NCBI RefSeq assembly: GCF_009914755.1
Contig: NC_060927.1
Origin: the human T2T-CHM13v2.0 reference genome, Homo sapiens
Length of the DNA: 64,000 nt
Direction: 5' to 3' (one strand)
Positions 25,505 through 39,109 of the stretch are shown here, piece by piece. Within the stretch, counting starts at the first letter, position 1. Every line of letters starts with the position of its first letter. A model generated the notes under the pieces. The model saw only the letters and a list, made by a program, of their open reading frames with translations, was not told where the DNA came from and did no database searches. Made by a program: the position numbers and the translations under genes.

Positions 25505-26487
25505 GGTCATAAAATTTTATGCATGGGAGGTCACAGGAAATCCGGAAGAGACAGGGAGGAAAATTTGCTCTTTCTAGTTATAGCAGATGTGGGAAGAAGA
25601 AGGAAGATGGAAAGGGGGCTAGAGGAATCAAATGGCCAGAGCTGTGAATGGGGATGGAATTGGCATCCCTGAATTACCTTTAGTTCCTTTAGTGGCATGA
25701 AAAGAACTCAGGAATGGAGAGGGGATGTGCCAAGAGGAGGGACTTACCATGGGGACAGCCACTTGCCTGTGGGGAGAGGGAAGATGACCCTATAGCAAGT
25801 ATGGACTTAGACATGGCAGAGACTTTGAGTATCTCTGAGAGGCATCAGGGAGAGTCCAAGGGAGGAATAGTACCTCCAGCTCTTGAAGAAACAGAGAGGC
25901 TAGTCACACCAGCCAGGGACATCATAGCAGCTTCTGGCTGAATGCTTGGGGTGGGACTGACCTCCCCTGAGGGAATACACTCTAGAGCACAGCCTAGCCC
26001 TACCTCTTCACAGCCTAAGCCAGAAGAGAGTCATAGGGCACCAGGTCAATTCAAGGACACTAGATTCCCTTCTCTACAGCCCACCCACCTGATAATACAC
26101 TCAGGGGGATGAGATAGAGCCTATGAGAAGAGCTTCAGAAATCTCAAGAGAGTTGGTCATAGAATTTTGTGCATGGGAGGTCACTGCAAATCCGGAAAAA
26201 CCAGGGAGGAAAATCCACTCTGTCTAGTTCTGGCAGATGTGGAAGGAGGGAGGGAGATGGAAATGGGGATAAAGGAATCCAATGGCCAGAGCTGTGGATG
26301 GGATGGAGTTGGCAACCCTGAGTTACCTTTGGTTTTCCAGTGGCATGAACATAACTCAGGAAGGGAGAGGAGGTGTGCTGAGAGGAGAGACTTGCCATGG
26401 GGACAGCCACTTGCCTGTAGGGAGAGGCGAGGTGACCCTACCAAAAGTGTAGATTTAGACATGGCAGAGACTCTGAGGATCTCTGAG
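25505..26487. repeat. ~335-bp diverged direct duplication (25505-25839 / 26155-26487)
   Basis: Colinear copies, e.g. gcatgggaggtcac, aatggccagagctgtg, ccatggggacagccacttgcctgt and ttagacatggcagagact in both. Confidence 0.92.
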
Positions 26488-27264
26488 GATTTAGCTTAAT
26501 TCAACAAGTCTTTACATTTAGAATCAGATCCAAGAATCACAGCTTAAACTAAATTTAGTTTTCTTATTTTACTCACCTGAGGGATGCTTGTGAGGAAGAA
26601 CATACCAGTCACAGAACAAACGAAGAAACAACATTGTCTTTGTAGACAAAAAAAGTAATGTGGATGGATTTTCTATCCTGCCATCATCCCCATGTCATAA
26701 AGTATGAAGTAATGGCAAGCTTCTGCTTGATGGGGAAGCGACAGAGACAGTATCTGACATAGAAGGAAAGGGACAAGGTGAGGGTAGGAGTCCTGAAAAT
26801 TGCTCTCTAATTACAAGTTGAGTCTTACAGGATCAGTAGCAGGTCCCAGATGCAGAACCAAAGCAAAGGAGGATTTGAGAGGGAGGAAGTGGCATATGCA
26901 AAGGGCTGAGGTAGAGAGAGAACACTTGCAATTTTTCTAGCTGACCTGTGTAGGATTTCTAGTTTCCTCTTAGCTAGGACACTCCAGGGTGGAATGGATT
27001 TTGGCAACCTGGGAGGAAGGAAGGCAGCTGTGTCTGCGCTCCCTAAAGCAGAAACTTCCTCTCCCCTCTCTTCCCTCCTATCATTCCAACATATCATGTG
27101 AATTCTCAGGGATTTTGCTTTACTTGTAAGAAATGTAGGAGTGTGGGGCAGAAGTGGGCTGGCAAATCGTATTCTCTGAGAATATGGCAGTATGCAAGGT
27201 ACTTCACACATTATTTGTTTTATTCTCATAACAGCCTTCCTATACTTTTATTATTTCTGTTCCA

Positions 27265-28035
27265 TCAGCACATTCACTTGGCTCTTATATTCAGAATATA
27301 ACCAGGATCAAACCATTTCTTATTTCCTTACTTGCCTGTTGATCCAAGCCACAACTATCTCTCACTTGGACTGCTTTAATAGTCTCCTAACTGGCATCCC
27401 TACTTCCACCCTTGACTCCCTGCTCTCCACCCAGTGGCCAAAGTGATTCATGAAAAACACTGAGGTCTGATCATATCACTTCTCTGTCCAATGCCATCCA
27501 ATGGCTTGCCACACTCTGCAGTAAACCTGCCATTCTTATTGTGGTCTATGAAGCCTTCCATGGTCTGGCTGTATACATTTCTGTTTCCCAATCTCCTCTT
27601 CCATCTTTCCCCTCCATTCTACTTACTTTTGTCACTTTGACTTCCTTGGGGTTTCTTGTCACTGTTCCTTAAACATGACAAGCACAATGGAACCTCAGGC
27701 TCTTTGCATTTGTTTCCTCTTTATGGTATGTTCTTTCCTCAGACATCTATGTGGCTGTCTCCCTCCTTTCCTCCAGGTTGTCGTAAGAGAGGTCTTACTG
27801 GTCCAGTTTTACCCTACTGTCTTCATGCTTTGTTCTTTCTCTCCTGTATTATTTTTTTCTGCATAGCACTTATCACCACTGACATAAGCTGCTTTCTGTT
27901 TATTCTCCCTCTAAAATGCATGCTCCGTGAAGGCAGGGACTTTGTGTTTTGATGTTGTTTGTTTGGTTTGTTTTGTCTTCAGTACCTAAAACATTGCTTG
28001 GCTTGCATAGGCACTCAATAAATATTTGCTGCATG
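27265..28035 (+). mobile_element. L2a 3' segment splitting a MIR
   Basis: tctcacttggactgc...ctcctaactgg...gaaggcagggactttgt...taggcactcaataaatatttg; MIR halves at ~27185-27240 and ~28036-28140. Confidence 0.85.
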
Positions 28036-28739
28036 TGGCTCAAGGAGTTTAAGCAACTTGTCCAGGGTTATAAAGTTAATAAACAGTAAAACTAGGATTT
28101 GGACCCAAGCTCTGCTGGCATTGAAGATCACGCCCTTTGTAATTTATTTTCTCTGCCCCCTGCCTACTACATAGATATCAGGACTAATAGGACAGACCAA
28201 ATTGTTTCTTGTGGCTCTGATTTCTTTAAAGAAATATGCTCAATAAAGAAACATGAGGGATAATGAAAAAAATTACTACTTTTGGCAATCCTGGACATTA
28301 AAGGAATGCAAACTTCAATTGCTTCTCTATAATAAGATATTGCAAGGGTTTTCAATTTCGTTTTCCTTGTTTCTATCTGTTCAAGAATCCTTAATTAAAT
28401 TTAATTTCACCTGGTATTTTTCCTTTACCTAAAAAAAGGGAGTCAACCATAAAATCAACCATAAAACTGGCTACAACAGTTTCTGCCATGATTGGAAAAG
28501 CGGAGAGAAGATAGCATCTGATGTACACAGCCAGTGGGTACTGTGTTCTCAAGGATGTTATGAAAATGACAATCCCTTTGGCCTTCTGCTCTAGCCTAGG
28601 AAGGCTGGGCATGCTGGTACCATACTTCCCTGGGCTCACTCCCACTCTTGCTTTCTGGCTTATACTCACATCACCCTATGAAAGTGGCTATAAAGGTCAA
28701 CTGGCTTTGGGTGCACCTCTTATATTTTTGTTGAAGATT

Positions 28740-28778
28740 GTATTTTCCAAAGTTGGCTGCATATCTATATCTATATCT

Positions 28779-28809
<31 letters not shown>

Positions 28810-29230
28810 TCCCATTCCAAATGACATTTTACAGTGTGACATGGACATGCCTCCACTGGTCAGTTTCTTTCTTTGAATCTGGATAGGCCAGTGACTATGG
28901 TGGAAAGGATGCTATGAGACTCTGAGGTTGTCATAGTGGTGATACAAGTTCTGCCTGGTTCTCTTGGGGCACCTAGCCAACATGCTGTAAGAAAACCTAG
29001 CAGCCAGGTGAAAGGCTATGTGTGGTAGTTTCAGTCGCAGTGGAGGGCTCAGCCACCAGCCAGCATCAGCTGCCACGTTGAAAGGATGAGAATGTTCCCA
29101 GCCTTTGAGCTGCTCCAACTAATGTCATGTGGAGCAGAGATGAGTTATCTTTGACACCTCTGCCCAAATTTCAGATTCATGAGAAAAATAAAGGTTATCA
29201 TTATTTTAAGCCATTAAGTTTTTAAGCCAT
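28740..29230 (+). mobile_element. MLT1F/G/H-type LTR
   Basis: tgtattttccaaagttggctgc start; atgtggagcagagatgag...tgcccaaatttcagattcatgag...ttttaagcca. Confidence 0.65.
28761..28810. repeat. (ATATCT)n/(TA)n microsatellite
   Basis: Direct reading. Confidence 0.95.
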
Positions 29231-30330
29231 AAATGTTGAGATCAACATAGCATAGAGCTATGTAGAGAGTACATCTTAAGTGAATGTGGGGTAAATGGAT
29301 AGATTAATAAATTAACCTTTTTTTCTATGTGAATTAAGGCAAACACAATGCCTATTTCTTACCAATTTCACAAATAGCACGGCCATTACCACAGTGACTA
29401 TTTTGTAGAGAAGTTTTTTTAGGACACAAAGAACTGGACTGAAGGAAAAAAACTTACCTTAGGAATGGGGGCCAGTTATTCAGGCCTCCATCTCAGTAAG
29501 TCACTGATTATAGCCCAGGGTGGTGGTAGGTCAGCTGCAGGTCAGCCTATGTCATTTCTTCAGAGGAGGGGGCAGGGGTCAGTGAGTCACAAGCAGCCAG
29601 TACTCACATCATCCGTGGATGGGGGCACTGGCTCGGGAAAGGATGCAGGGAGGAACCCCAACAGCTCCCATTACAAAAATCAGTTATGAATTAACTCATA
29701 GGATACTTTCCATCCTCCTTCTTCCCTTCGACTTTCTAACGCCCCCTCCTACCACCAAAGGAATTCTCCTCTCTTACTTCCCCTCAGGGGAATGGGCTGT
29801 GAACTGAAAGTCCCTACCCAGCTAGTAATAAGATTAAAGAGGCAAAAATAGACTATATTTTGGAAAGGAAAAAACCCAAATTTGTCTTCATATTTAATCT
29901 TTTTTATTTGTGCCAGTAATTTGTCATTTTAAGAATCAATGTTTGAATGCCCAGATAAAGTTAGGAGAGTTGACAATTAGAACTTTTTAAAGTGGCGGCA
30001 GGACAAGTACAGTCCTTTAGAGCTCAGGCCTGTGTCCATGAGTGCATAAACTGGAAGCCATACAATGGGTGTTGAGGCTAGAATATTAGTCGGAGTAATT
30101 ATCCTTAGTGAAGTAATTTCTCTTTTATTACACAAAGTTAATGTTGCACTTGAAAATGATGTCTTCTTTCCCCAGTTATGCCACAGTCAACCTCCAACTG
30201 ATGAATGGATAGTAACAAACAGAGCAAAAATATCATTAGATAGGTAGAGTAAAAATATCGCCAAATAGAAAAAGAAGAGTAAACATCACTGAGAAGCACA
30301 GATAAATGGCAGGATCCCAGGAAAGACCAC

Positions 30331-30741
30331 TGTGTCATTTAGATTCTCCTGGAAGCAGGTGCTGATACAGAGTTAGGAGTGCGAAAGACTTATTGGGGTT
30401 GGAGTGCAAAGCCTGTGACAGAGTGTGGAGGAGGGAGGGAAACTCTGACTGTAGTGCTGATCTCATAAAGCCTTGACCAACCCAAAAACAGCCCCAGGGC
30501 AAGGATTATCCACTGGAGGAGTCCTGCATACGACTGAAATGTCCAAGTCCTAGAACTTGGACATAGGTTCTATGTCCATAGCTGGGGGCTGCCCTGGAAG
30601 AGTACAGCCTTCCTTGAAACCGAGGTGAAATCAGAGGACTAGACAGCTAGAAGCCATCAGGTAACTGCAGTCCTTGCAGCTGAAAGGAAAGCCCTTTCTC
30701 GAAGTGAGGGAGCTGAGCTATGTACCTTCACTGCTGCCACA
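30331..30741 (-). mobile_element. LTR16A/B-like ERVL LTR
   Basis: tgtgtc...tcctggaagcaggtgctgatacagagttaggagtgc...ttattgggg; ends ctgccaca. Confidence 0.65.
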
Positions 30742-31713
30742 ATCTCCAAATGGCGGCAAATTTTCATAACTGGAAGGGCCTGGTGAGAGTGAGAAGCTCA
30801 CTCAGCATTGAGCTCTAAAGAAGCCTTTGCCCTCTGGCAGTCGCCCTGCTGCGCTGCTCCCCTTCCGTTGTAGCTAGTTCCTGCCAATGAGGAAGTAAGG
30901 GCCACAATCTGGACTCTGAGAGCAAAAGGCTGAGTTTGTCAGGAATCCTGGCCAATGTTTCACTTGACACATTGTGCGCATTGAAGCAGGCCAGGACCAA
31001 GCTGCCTGGTGAGGAGTGAGGACAGAACCAGGCCCTTCTCTTCTTCTCATCCTCATCCTCTTATGCTCACTCATTATCAAGGAAACTCTAGTAGACAGAA
31101 ATGTCCAGTGTATTCATTTTGCCCACTGGATTTAGCTATTTCACTGGCATTGGATGGAGTGCTTCCATAGGACAGAGGATCAAGGGGCTCCGAAAGCTCT
31201 AAAAGCAGTGCGACTGCAATGCCAGAGACAGGGTTGGCAGGAGAGAGCCATGCTCACAACCTTTCATTTCCCAACTTGTTCACTTGGGATTGCATACTAT
31301 GAAACAATCACGGGGTTAGATGTGTCTGGACACCTTCAGTCCTGTAGGATTTGTCTGAGAAATGCTTTGATGACTTCCTGCTGACTGCTGAGATCAACAT
31401 ACTTTTTCTCTCTTAAGTTGCAGAAGCACAGGGAAGGCTGGGTGAAAAATCCTGTCCCAGTTGTAGGCCAAAAGAATTATCTGTCCTGGTTTATCTTTTT
31501 AAAAATGCCCATGCTATTTTCTAGCAAAACAGAAGGAAAAATGGCAGCTGAGGCTACTGTAGCGTAGGAGGAAAGTGCTGGTCATTTGAAATCAAAAGGC
31601 TGCATCTGAGTGTGGGAATTACAGTTTCTGGCCATGGGGATTTGGGCAAGTTTTAAAATTCCCCGGTATCTGTTTTCTTCTATATATAAATTAAGGCATG
31701 TTTTGAGAACTCC

Positions 31714-32129
31714 TGCTACAGTTTGAATGTCCCCTCAGAAACTCACGTTGAAAATCCCCAACATGGCAGTGTTAAAAGCTGGGGCCTTTAAGAAGTGATT
31801 GGGGTAGAACCCTCATATATGGATTAATTCATTCATGGATAAATGAATTAATGGATTGATGGTTTATCATTAGAGTGGCAGTAGTGGTTTTATAAGAGGA
31901 GGGAGACCTGATCTAGCGTATTAACACACTCAACTCTCATGCCATGTGATGCTGTTCATCACCTTGGGACTCTGCAGAGTCCTACCCAACAAGAAGGCTA
32001 TCACCACTAGATGTGTCTCTTTGACCTTCGACTTCCCAGCCTCCAGCACTGTAAGAAATACATTTTGTTTCTTTATAAATTACCCAGTTTAAGGTACTCT
32101 GTTACAAGCAACCAAAATTGATTAGGACA
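31714..32129 (+). mobile_element. MST-type (MSTB/MSTD-like) solo LTR
   Basis: tgctacagtttgaatgtcccc start; gacttcccagcctccag...tttctttataaattacccagt; ends gattaggaca. Confidence 0.85.
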
Positions 32130-32243
32130 CTCTCCTTTCTTTTCTCTTTCCCTCTCTTTTCTGTCAACGCTTCCTTCCTTCTTTCCTTCCTTCCTTCCTT
32201 CCTTCTTTCCTTTTTCCTTCCTTCCCTCCTCACCTTCTTCCTT
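32130..32243. repeat. CT-rich/(TTCC)n low-complexity tract
   Basis: Direct reading; abuts an L2 tail. Confidence 0.9.
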
Positions 32244-32244
32244 T

Positions 32245-33000
32245 TATTATTCAATACACATTTATTGACTGCAGTTTTAGGCACTGGGGAAATATGGATC
32301 AACAAAACCATTGATGACTTTAAAAATCCTAGTGCAAGAAAAGTAACAGCACAGTGTGTATATGCAGTGATAGATGTTCATTGCAGCAATAGGACAAAGT
32401 TATTTATTGCAGAAGAAGTATAAAGGAGAAATTGATTATTGTTTTGGGAAGGATCACAGAGGACACAATGTCTGAGCAAAAGTCTGAATAGGGAATGGGT
32501 TGTGAAAATGTACTAGTTGGGGCCACAGTGGGAATGAGAGAAAGAAAGTCAGTACAGAACATCATGTGCAAAGGCACTGGATACAAACCATTTGGTTATT
32601 GACTTGTTGAGTTTGTGGCACCTGTGAGACCCCCAGGTCCTTCTGACAACTGGAAACTCAGAGCCAGATGAGTGGAGAATAAGTGATTAGGACTAGAGGC
32701 TATGTTTGGGAATCCTTGGCATATACAAGGCAGGGGACTCAAGAGGATTTTGATATCTTACAATAAAAAGGGCTGGGCCAGAACCCAGGGAAACTCCAAA
32801 ACTGGAGTGTGTTAAGAAAGATGTCTACCAATGAGGTCTAGTAAAGAAAGTGATGGGAAGAAACTGGATCGAATCACACTGCTGAGAACATAGCAGCAAA
32901 TGTGTCAAGAGCTTCAAATGCTGCAGGGAGGCCAAGGTCAGTGTAAACCCAGAATTTCCATGGAATTTAGCAATTAGGAGGTCAATAGTGAGGGAGGGAA
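32245..33000 (-). mobile_element. L2 fragments
   Basis: ttattcaatacacatttattgac...aggcactgggga; atgtgcaaaggcac; tggaatttagcaattaggaggtca. Confidence 0.65.
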
Positions 33001-33749
33001 TGACGTGACAGTAAATTAAGGCATATGAAAAGGCTTTGAAAATTGTGAAGAGCCATGGAATGAAATTCACCACTCCAGATTCTCAGCTTCTCAATTATAT
33101 CAGGTGGATAACAGAACATCAGCATTTTAAGTAGACACCCTTGGGCTCATAATAAATGCTTTTAACACCTTTACATCCTTATCTCAAAATTTGCTTCTCG
33201 TTGGCTCCAGATTGCCTGAAATTTATCACATAGAAGCAAAAATAAAATTGGGGGCATAAGAAAGAATGTGAGAGAGAAACTGCAAGTTAGGGGGTCATTG
33301 CTATGTGGGAATAAATAATCCTGGCAACTGGATGGCTATGCTGAAATGTGGAATTTATTCTCCAAAGGAAAAAGCTTTAATCTTAAAGTATGTTTTGGAT
33401 AATGTTAATAGGGAAATGGCTCACAGCAGAACAAAATAGATTTCCCAGCTAATAGTTTTATCCTTTAAAAAGAAAAGGAAACTAATATAACAAGAAGAAA
33501 AGTATGGTTGGTGAGGAAACCATATCTACAGACTGTGTGAACTTATAAATCAGTGTAGATATCATGGTGCATTGCAAGTAACTCATGGCTGTGTGTAGCA
33601 AGGGGACAGCTGGGGTCAGAGTTGTGGGACCCTGAATCTATTTGATTTTTAATACTTATTATATCAACTGAACTCTATGCAAATATCTAGAAAGGAGTCT
33701 CATAATGTTGTGTATCGTGGCCATGACAAGTGTTGTTCCTGAATTTGGG

Positions 33750-34108
33750 CTTGAACATACCTGATGCATTCCTGCCTTGACACTTACTGTTTCCTCTGCT
33801 TGGTTTGATCTTCTCCAAATGTCCAAATGGCTGTTGCCTTCATCATTCCTAGGTCTCTACTTAAGCATTACCTTCTCAGTGAAGCCTTCTCTGACAGTTT
33901 TATTTAAAGTAACACCTGCATCTATCCACCAGCTCCTCCTCTCCCTTTCCTTGCTTTATTTTTTCTCTGTAGTACTTATTACCATATAACATATATTTTA
34001 TTAGAATATTAGCTGCTCAAAATGATGCCTTTGATCACTATTATACCCCAAATGTCTAGCAGAATGCTTGGCCCATAATAGGCATTTGGTAAATATTTAC
34101 TGGATGAG
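33750..34108 (+). mobile_element. L2a 3' end
   Basis: accttctcagtgaagccttctctgac...gtagtacttattacc...taggcatttggtaaatatttactggatg. Confidence 0.8.
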
Positions 34109-35365
34109 GAGAGGCATGAGCTTTGGCAGCTGTCAGGTTGCCAGCTCCAGAGGATTGTAAAATTTCTAGAAAAGTACTTCACTCAGTTAGGTTGCCATCA
34201 AGTTACCACATAGACTTCTTTGTTCACCAGGCTCTGTGATTCTTGCCTCTTCATTCAAAGCCTGCACAGCATTGTTCATGGTTTCCAGGAACTTCCAGGA
34301 TGTCCACTCTGGGCCTTTTCTCTGCCATCATATAAACTTGTGCTTCCAAATGCCTGCTAGGTTATAGGCTGAAGCCATTCCTGAGACGTAAAGATATCTA
34401 AAACATCAATGTTGGAAGGAGCCTGGAAAGCTCATTTGTCAGTCTGCACTTCTATAGATGGAGAAACAAGAACTCAGAAAGGTGTCACAATTTGCCTGAT
34501 GCCATGCAACCCATTCGGTTAGCTGGAGCTGTTGAGGGATGAGAAAACTGAAGTTGTATGTTATCTTCAGATATGTTATCACATATAATCTCCACAAACA
34601 GTGTGGGTCTGTTATGATTCTATGCATGGGCTGAAACATAGATTATCAGAAATGTTCAATTACTTTCACCAGGCTGCTCAGTTAATGTGTGTTAAGGTCA
34701 GGTTTGTTTTTATTCCAAACTTATGTTATATCAACTAAACTCTATTTGCGCTGTAACTTGTGGGGAAAAGCCACACACTGGGCCCTTGCATAGGACAGTG
34801 TGAAAGTGGGTATGCACTTACATCTTTCTTTGCTTTTAGTTACCTTCAATTTCTGATAGCTTTCACCTTTCTTCTTGTTACAGAAAAGGCTAAAGGTCAA
34901 TCATCATTTTTACTTCTCTCTTTCCTGCAGCTGCACCTGATATTCCTCTCCTTTGGCCTCTCCAATTAACTCTTAATGGTGCTCAGTTTTGTGTATGTCT
35001 TATAGTAAAGAGAAACAAGACCATTTGGTCATCCTACTTTCTCTTACTGTGTAGTCTTCACTCCTTCTTCAAGACTAGGCTTCCTGAATGAGTTGTTTGC
35101 ATTTACTCCCTTTCAATTCCCTCCTCAACCCTCTGCGGTTCTGCCCTTAACACTTGCATACTGTTCCTGATAAGAGCACTAGCAATCTCTTTGTTAATAA
35201 ATCCTGTGACTTATCTTCAGATTTGTCTTACTTGACACTTTGACAGTATTTGACATGGGGAACCACTTCATCATTCTCCAAACTCTGTCCCTTGGATTGT
35301 GCATTAAGATGCTCTTGGGCTTTCTGCATACAATTCTCCAACTTAGTAGTTCTTTGCTGGATCTC

Positions 35366-35906
35366 TATGGTAGATTGCAAAGACGACTTCAATAATATCT
35401 CTTATCCATGTGCATTTGTCCCTATACAATGCAACTTTGTTGATCCTCAATCAAGAAATGGAGTTTATTTCTGTATCCATTTAATCTGATCATAATCACA
35501 TGATTTGCTTTAAGGAAATTAGCAAATAGGATTTAGAGAAATTAGCAAATATGATGCAAACAAGGACTTAAAAAGTGCTTGCACAATAGGTTTGTTCTCC
35601 TCTGACTGATTGGAACTCTGAACCCATAGGGTGGATGTGCTGCATGGAGCTAACCTGCTAGTAGGGTCACATGAAAGGGAATTAGGATATTCTGACTTCC
35701 TAATAACCAGATGAAAGGAGACTGTTTTAGATGAATCCGTCCATTTGAGTCACCAATCCACTGTAGCTATATGAGTCATTGCAAGTGAGATCAGTGGAAG
35801 AAACACCTGAATAAACCTGGCACAAATTGCCAAGCTGCAAAGTATGAGTAAATAAAAGTCACTAGGTTGTGGAGTATTTGTTATGTAGCAATAGATAACT
35901 AATATA
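35366..35906 (+). mobile_element. MLT1F/G-type LTR inside L2 remnants
   Basis: tatggtagattgcaaaga start; tttgttatgtagcaatagataactaatat end; L2-like sequence on both sides. Confidence 0.7.
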
Positions 35907-36454
35907 GCCTTCTATTTCACCTGTCTCTTCCGTTTTAGTGTTTTCTTCTCAATCTACTCATGTTACCGTGTCATATCCTCTTATCCAAATATTTAAATTA
36001 ATACAAATATTCTAACAACAAATGCCATAAAACAATATCTCCAAAGCAAATATTTAGCCGATTCTTTGACTATAAAACCAACTGCCTATTGAATCTTTGC
36101 TATGCTTCTTGGACCTCAAAATTATCACATCCCATATGGAATTCACCCCTGGAACTCTGAATGTATTTCTTCTGTTTTTCCCTCAGAGAATAGAACAAAA
36201 TCCTGCACATTTTTTTTCAATCTGGAGACTGGATCTCTTCCTTGTCTCCTCCTGTCTCTTGTACTCAACATTTAATCAATCACCAAGTCCTATGAATATT
36301 CCTCCTTGATCTCTTTTAAAATTGTTCACCTCTATTTGTCCACATTACCACTATGTTAATTCTAGCCATCATAATTTTCTGCTGCAATTACTTTCAACAT
36401 CTTTTTAAACAGATGAACTCTTACCATTTAACTGCCAGTGAAACAATTCTTGAA

Positions 36455-38330
36455 AACAATGTATGTACGTCAGTTTTGGGCTGTAGCACATAAATAATAA
36501 ATTTATTATAAATGTCTTCCATGTGTATTACATGTAAATCCATTTTATAAGTTCATTAGATGAAATTTGTTATTTATAATGTCGTAATCTTCTTTATTTG
36601 ACTTTGTTTCCTACTTGTTGATTATGGGAAGAGGTGTGTTAAAATCTCATGCTTTGGAATTATCTAATTCTTTGGGTAGTTCTATCAAATTTTGAGTTTT
36701 ATATTCTGAGCCTATGTTTTTTAAGTGTATAAAAGTTTGAAATTGTGATATCTTCTTGGAAGGAGTATTGAGTTTTTAAAAATCATTATGAAGCAACCTC
36801 CTTGATAACAAATAATGCTTTCTACCTTAAATCTGATTTTGTGTGATACTGTTTTATGTGCTGATATTTGCTTAATACATTGTTTTTATACATTTAATTC
36901 ACAGCTTTTCTTCACCCTCATGTTTTAGGTATATTTTTATCTAGTTTTACTATATGTTTTAACTGGTAGGGTTAGTCAATTTCCATTCACAGTGATTACT
37001 GATATATTTGGATTTATTCCCATTCTCTTATTTTACACTTTCCATTTGTCTAGCTTTAAATTTCTTTTTCCTTTGAATCAAGTGAGGTTCCCCCCACCCT
37101 CATGATTTCCTTAGTTTTCTTGAATTATTTTGGAGGTTTAAAATTCCATTTATTTTATTTAATTGGTACCTCTAAGTTTTTACCATGTATGTAATTTAAT
37201 AAAGTCTAAAATAAATTTTAAAATTGCCTTTTTCCCCAAAATGTAGAAAATTTGAAATATTTAATTTTCAAATACTCTCCCAGAATCTATATATTTTTAC
37301 CTAAAAACTTTTTTGTATTTTATTCACATTTTAACACGCAAAAGGGACATTGCTATCATTGTTTTTACAATTAAATGTGTTTAGATTTATCCACGTTTTA
37401 ATTATTTTCTTTGCTCACTATTCATTAGTAGATCTCTAACCTTCCATTTGAAATTATTTTCTTCTTTCTTATTTCTAAAGAATATACTTTATTAAAAATA
37501 TTATAAATATTACTAAAGTATATTCTTTAGGAATTATGTTATTAAATGTCTGTTGGAAGCTAACCCATGTTTTGTTTGTCCGTAACTGTCTTTATCTTAC
37601 CTGCATTTAAAAAATATTGCCTTGATGGTTATAAAATTCCTCATTGACAGCTCTTTTATTTTAGTACTTTAAATGGATTCCACCATTACTACTGGGAGTC
37701 AGCCATCAGTCTAGATGTCATGACTCTGGAGGTAATCTGGTTTTCTCTGGGTACCTTTAAAGACTTTGTTTGTTTCTTGGTGTTTGGCAGATTCATTACA
37801 TTGTGTCTTGGCATGGGGCTCTTTTTATTTATCCTAATTAATGATTAGAGAACTTATGTCTTTTATCAATTCTGTAAAATATTAAGTCATTAGCCCTTCA
37901 AATATTATCTATCTACCAGCCTATTATTTCCTTTTAAAATTCCAGTTAGGCATGTCTTAGGTCTCATTATCTCTGATTATACTTTTTATCTCTATGCTAC
38001 ATTGTAGGTTTTTTCATTTTGTTTTTTTTTTTTGGCATCTATCTTTCAATTGAGTAATTCTCTTGTCATTCTGGGACTATTTCTAGTTCAATAATTCATG
38101 CTTCAACTGGGTCTAATATGTGATTTAAACTACCTTCTGAGTTTTTATTTTCATTTATTGTATTTTTCATTTCTACAAGTTCTCTTTGAGTCTTTCAAAT
38201 ATGCTGGGTCATTTTGAGACATGATTTTAATGACATTTATTTCCTCAAATGTATTACACACATATGTTTTAGATTCTATGTGAATCTAATCATTCTAAAA
38301 TCTGAAGATGCTGTGCTTTACTTTGCTCAT
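36455..38330 (-). mobile_element. Ancient L1M/L1ME (ORF1-ORF2 junction region) relic
   Basis: Very T-rich; gaagaggtgtgttaaaatctc, ggagtcagccatcagtct and ttttatcaattctgtaaaat landmarks. Confidence 0.7.
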
Positions 38331-39109
38331 TTGGCAAATAAAGATAAAGTAATTGTTACTCACTGGATTATTTTGAAGATTAAATGCTTCCATAAATATA
38401 AATTTCTTAAGACAAGTATCTAGCACACTACAGAGTAACCTATACAAGTGTTAGCTGTTTTTATTATTATTGCTGCTGTTATTGGTAGAATTGATTTTGT
38501 TGTTTACTGACCCCAAGTGGCTTATTTTTCTCATGTGTTAAGTAATTCTGATTGTGAGCTCATATCCCTTATTATCAAACATTATAAGTTGAAATTTCTT
38601 AAGGCTTGTATGTAACGTGCATTCCTCCAAAGAGGACTTGCATGAGCTCTTGCTGAGCCGTGGGGATACTACCAATCTTGATTAGTTTAAGTTAACTTTT
38701 GGCTTGGTTGTTTTTATGCCACATTGACAGTGTGAATTTTAGCTCCAATTTTGCCTGAGGGTTGGGTAGTGGTTATAAATTCTTAGGGGCGACTTGTTTC
38801 CCCTTTACTCAGAAACAAGGCTAAATGAGGCAAACTTCCTTACTGTCACTCTTTTTGAGATAGGTTCTTTGCTAGTTTGCCTGGTGGGGTTGTCACTCTT
38901 TAGGGCTCCAGGTTTTGTGGGTGTCACTGATTGCAGGTTTCTTTGTATGACGATCCTGTATCGTCAAGGCCATTCACTAGCTTAAGTGCTCACTCACTTT
39001 TGTGACTTCTTTTTTGGGGGGTCATTTTTGACTAATTTTCTTGCCATCTCACCCCTCCCTTAAAAATTTATTTTGAGCATTTTATCCAGAGTTTACAGGT
39101 GTTTTGAAC

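Noticed and set aside
28521-28886. 121-aa ORF with ISISIS run
   Set aside because: Reads through an (ATATCT)n microsatellite and an MLT1 LTR
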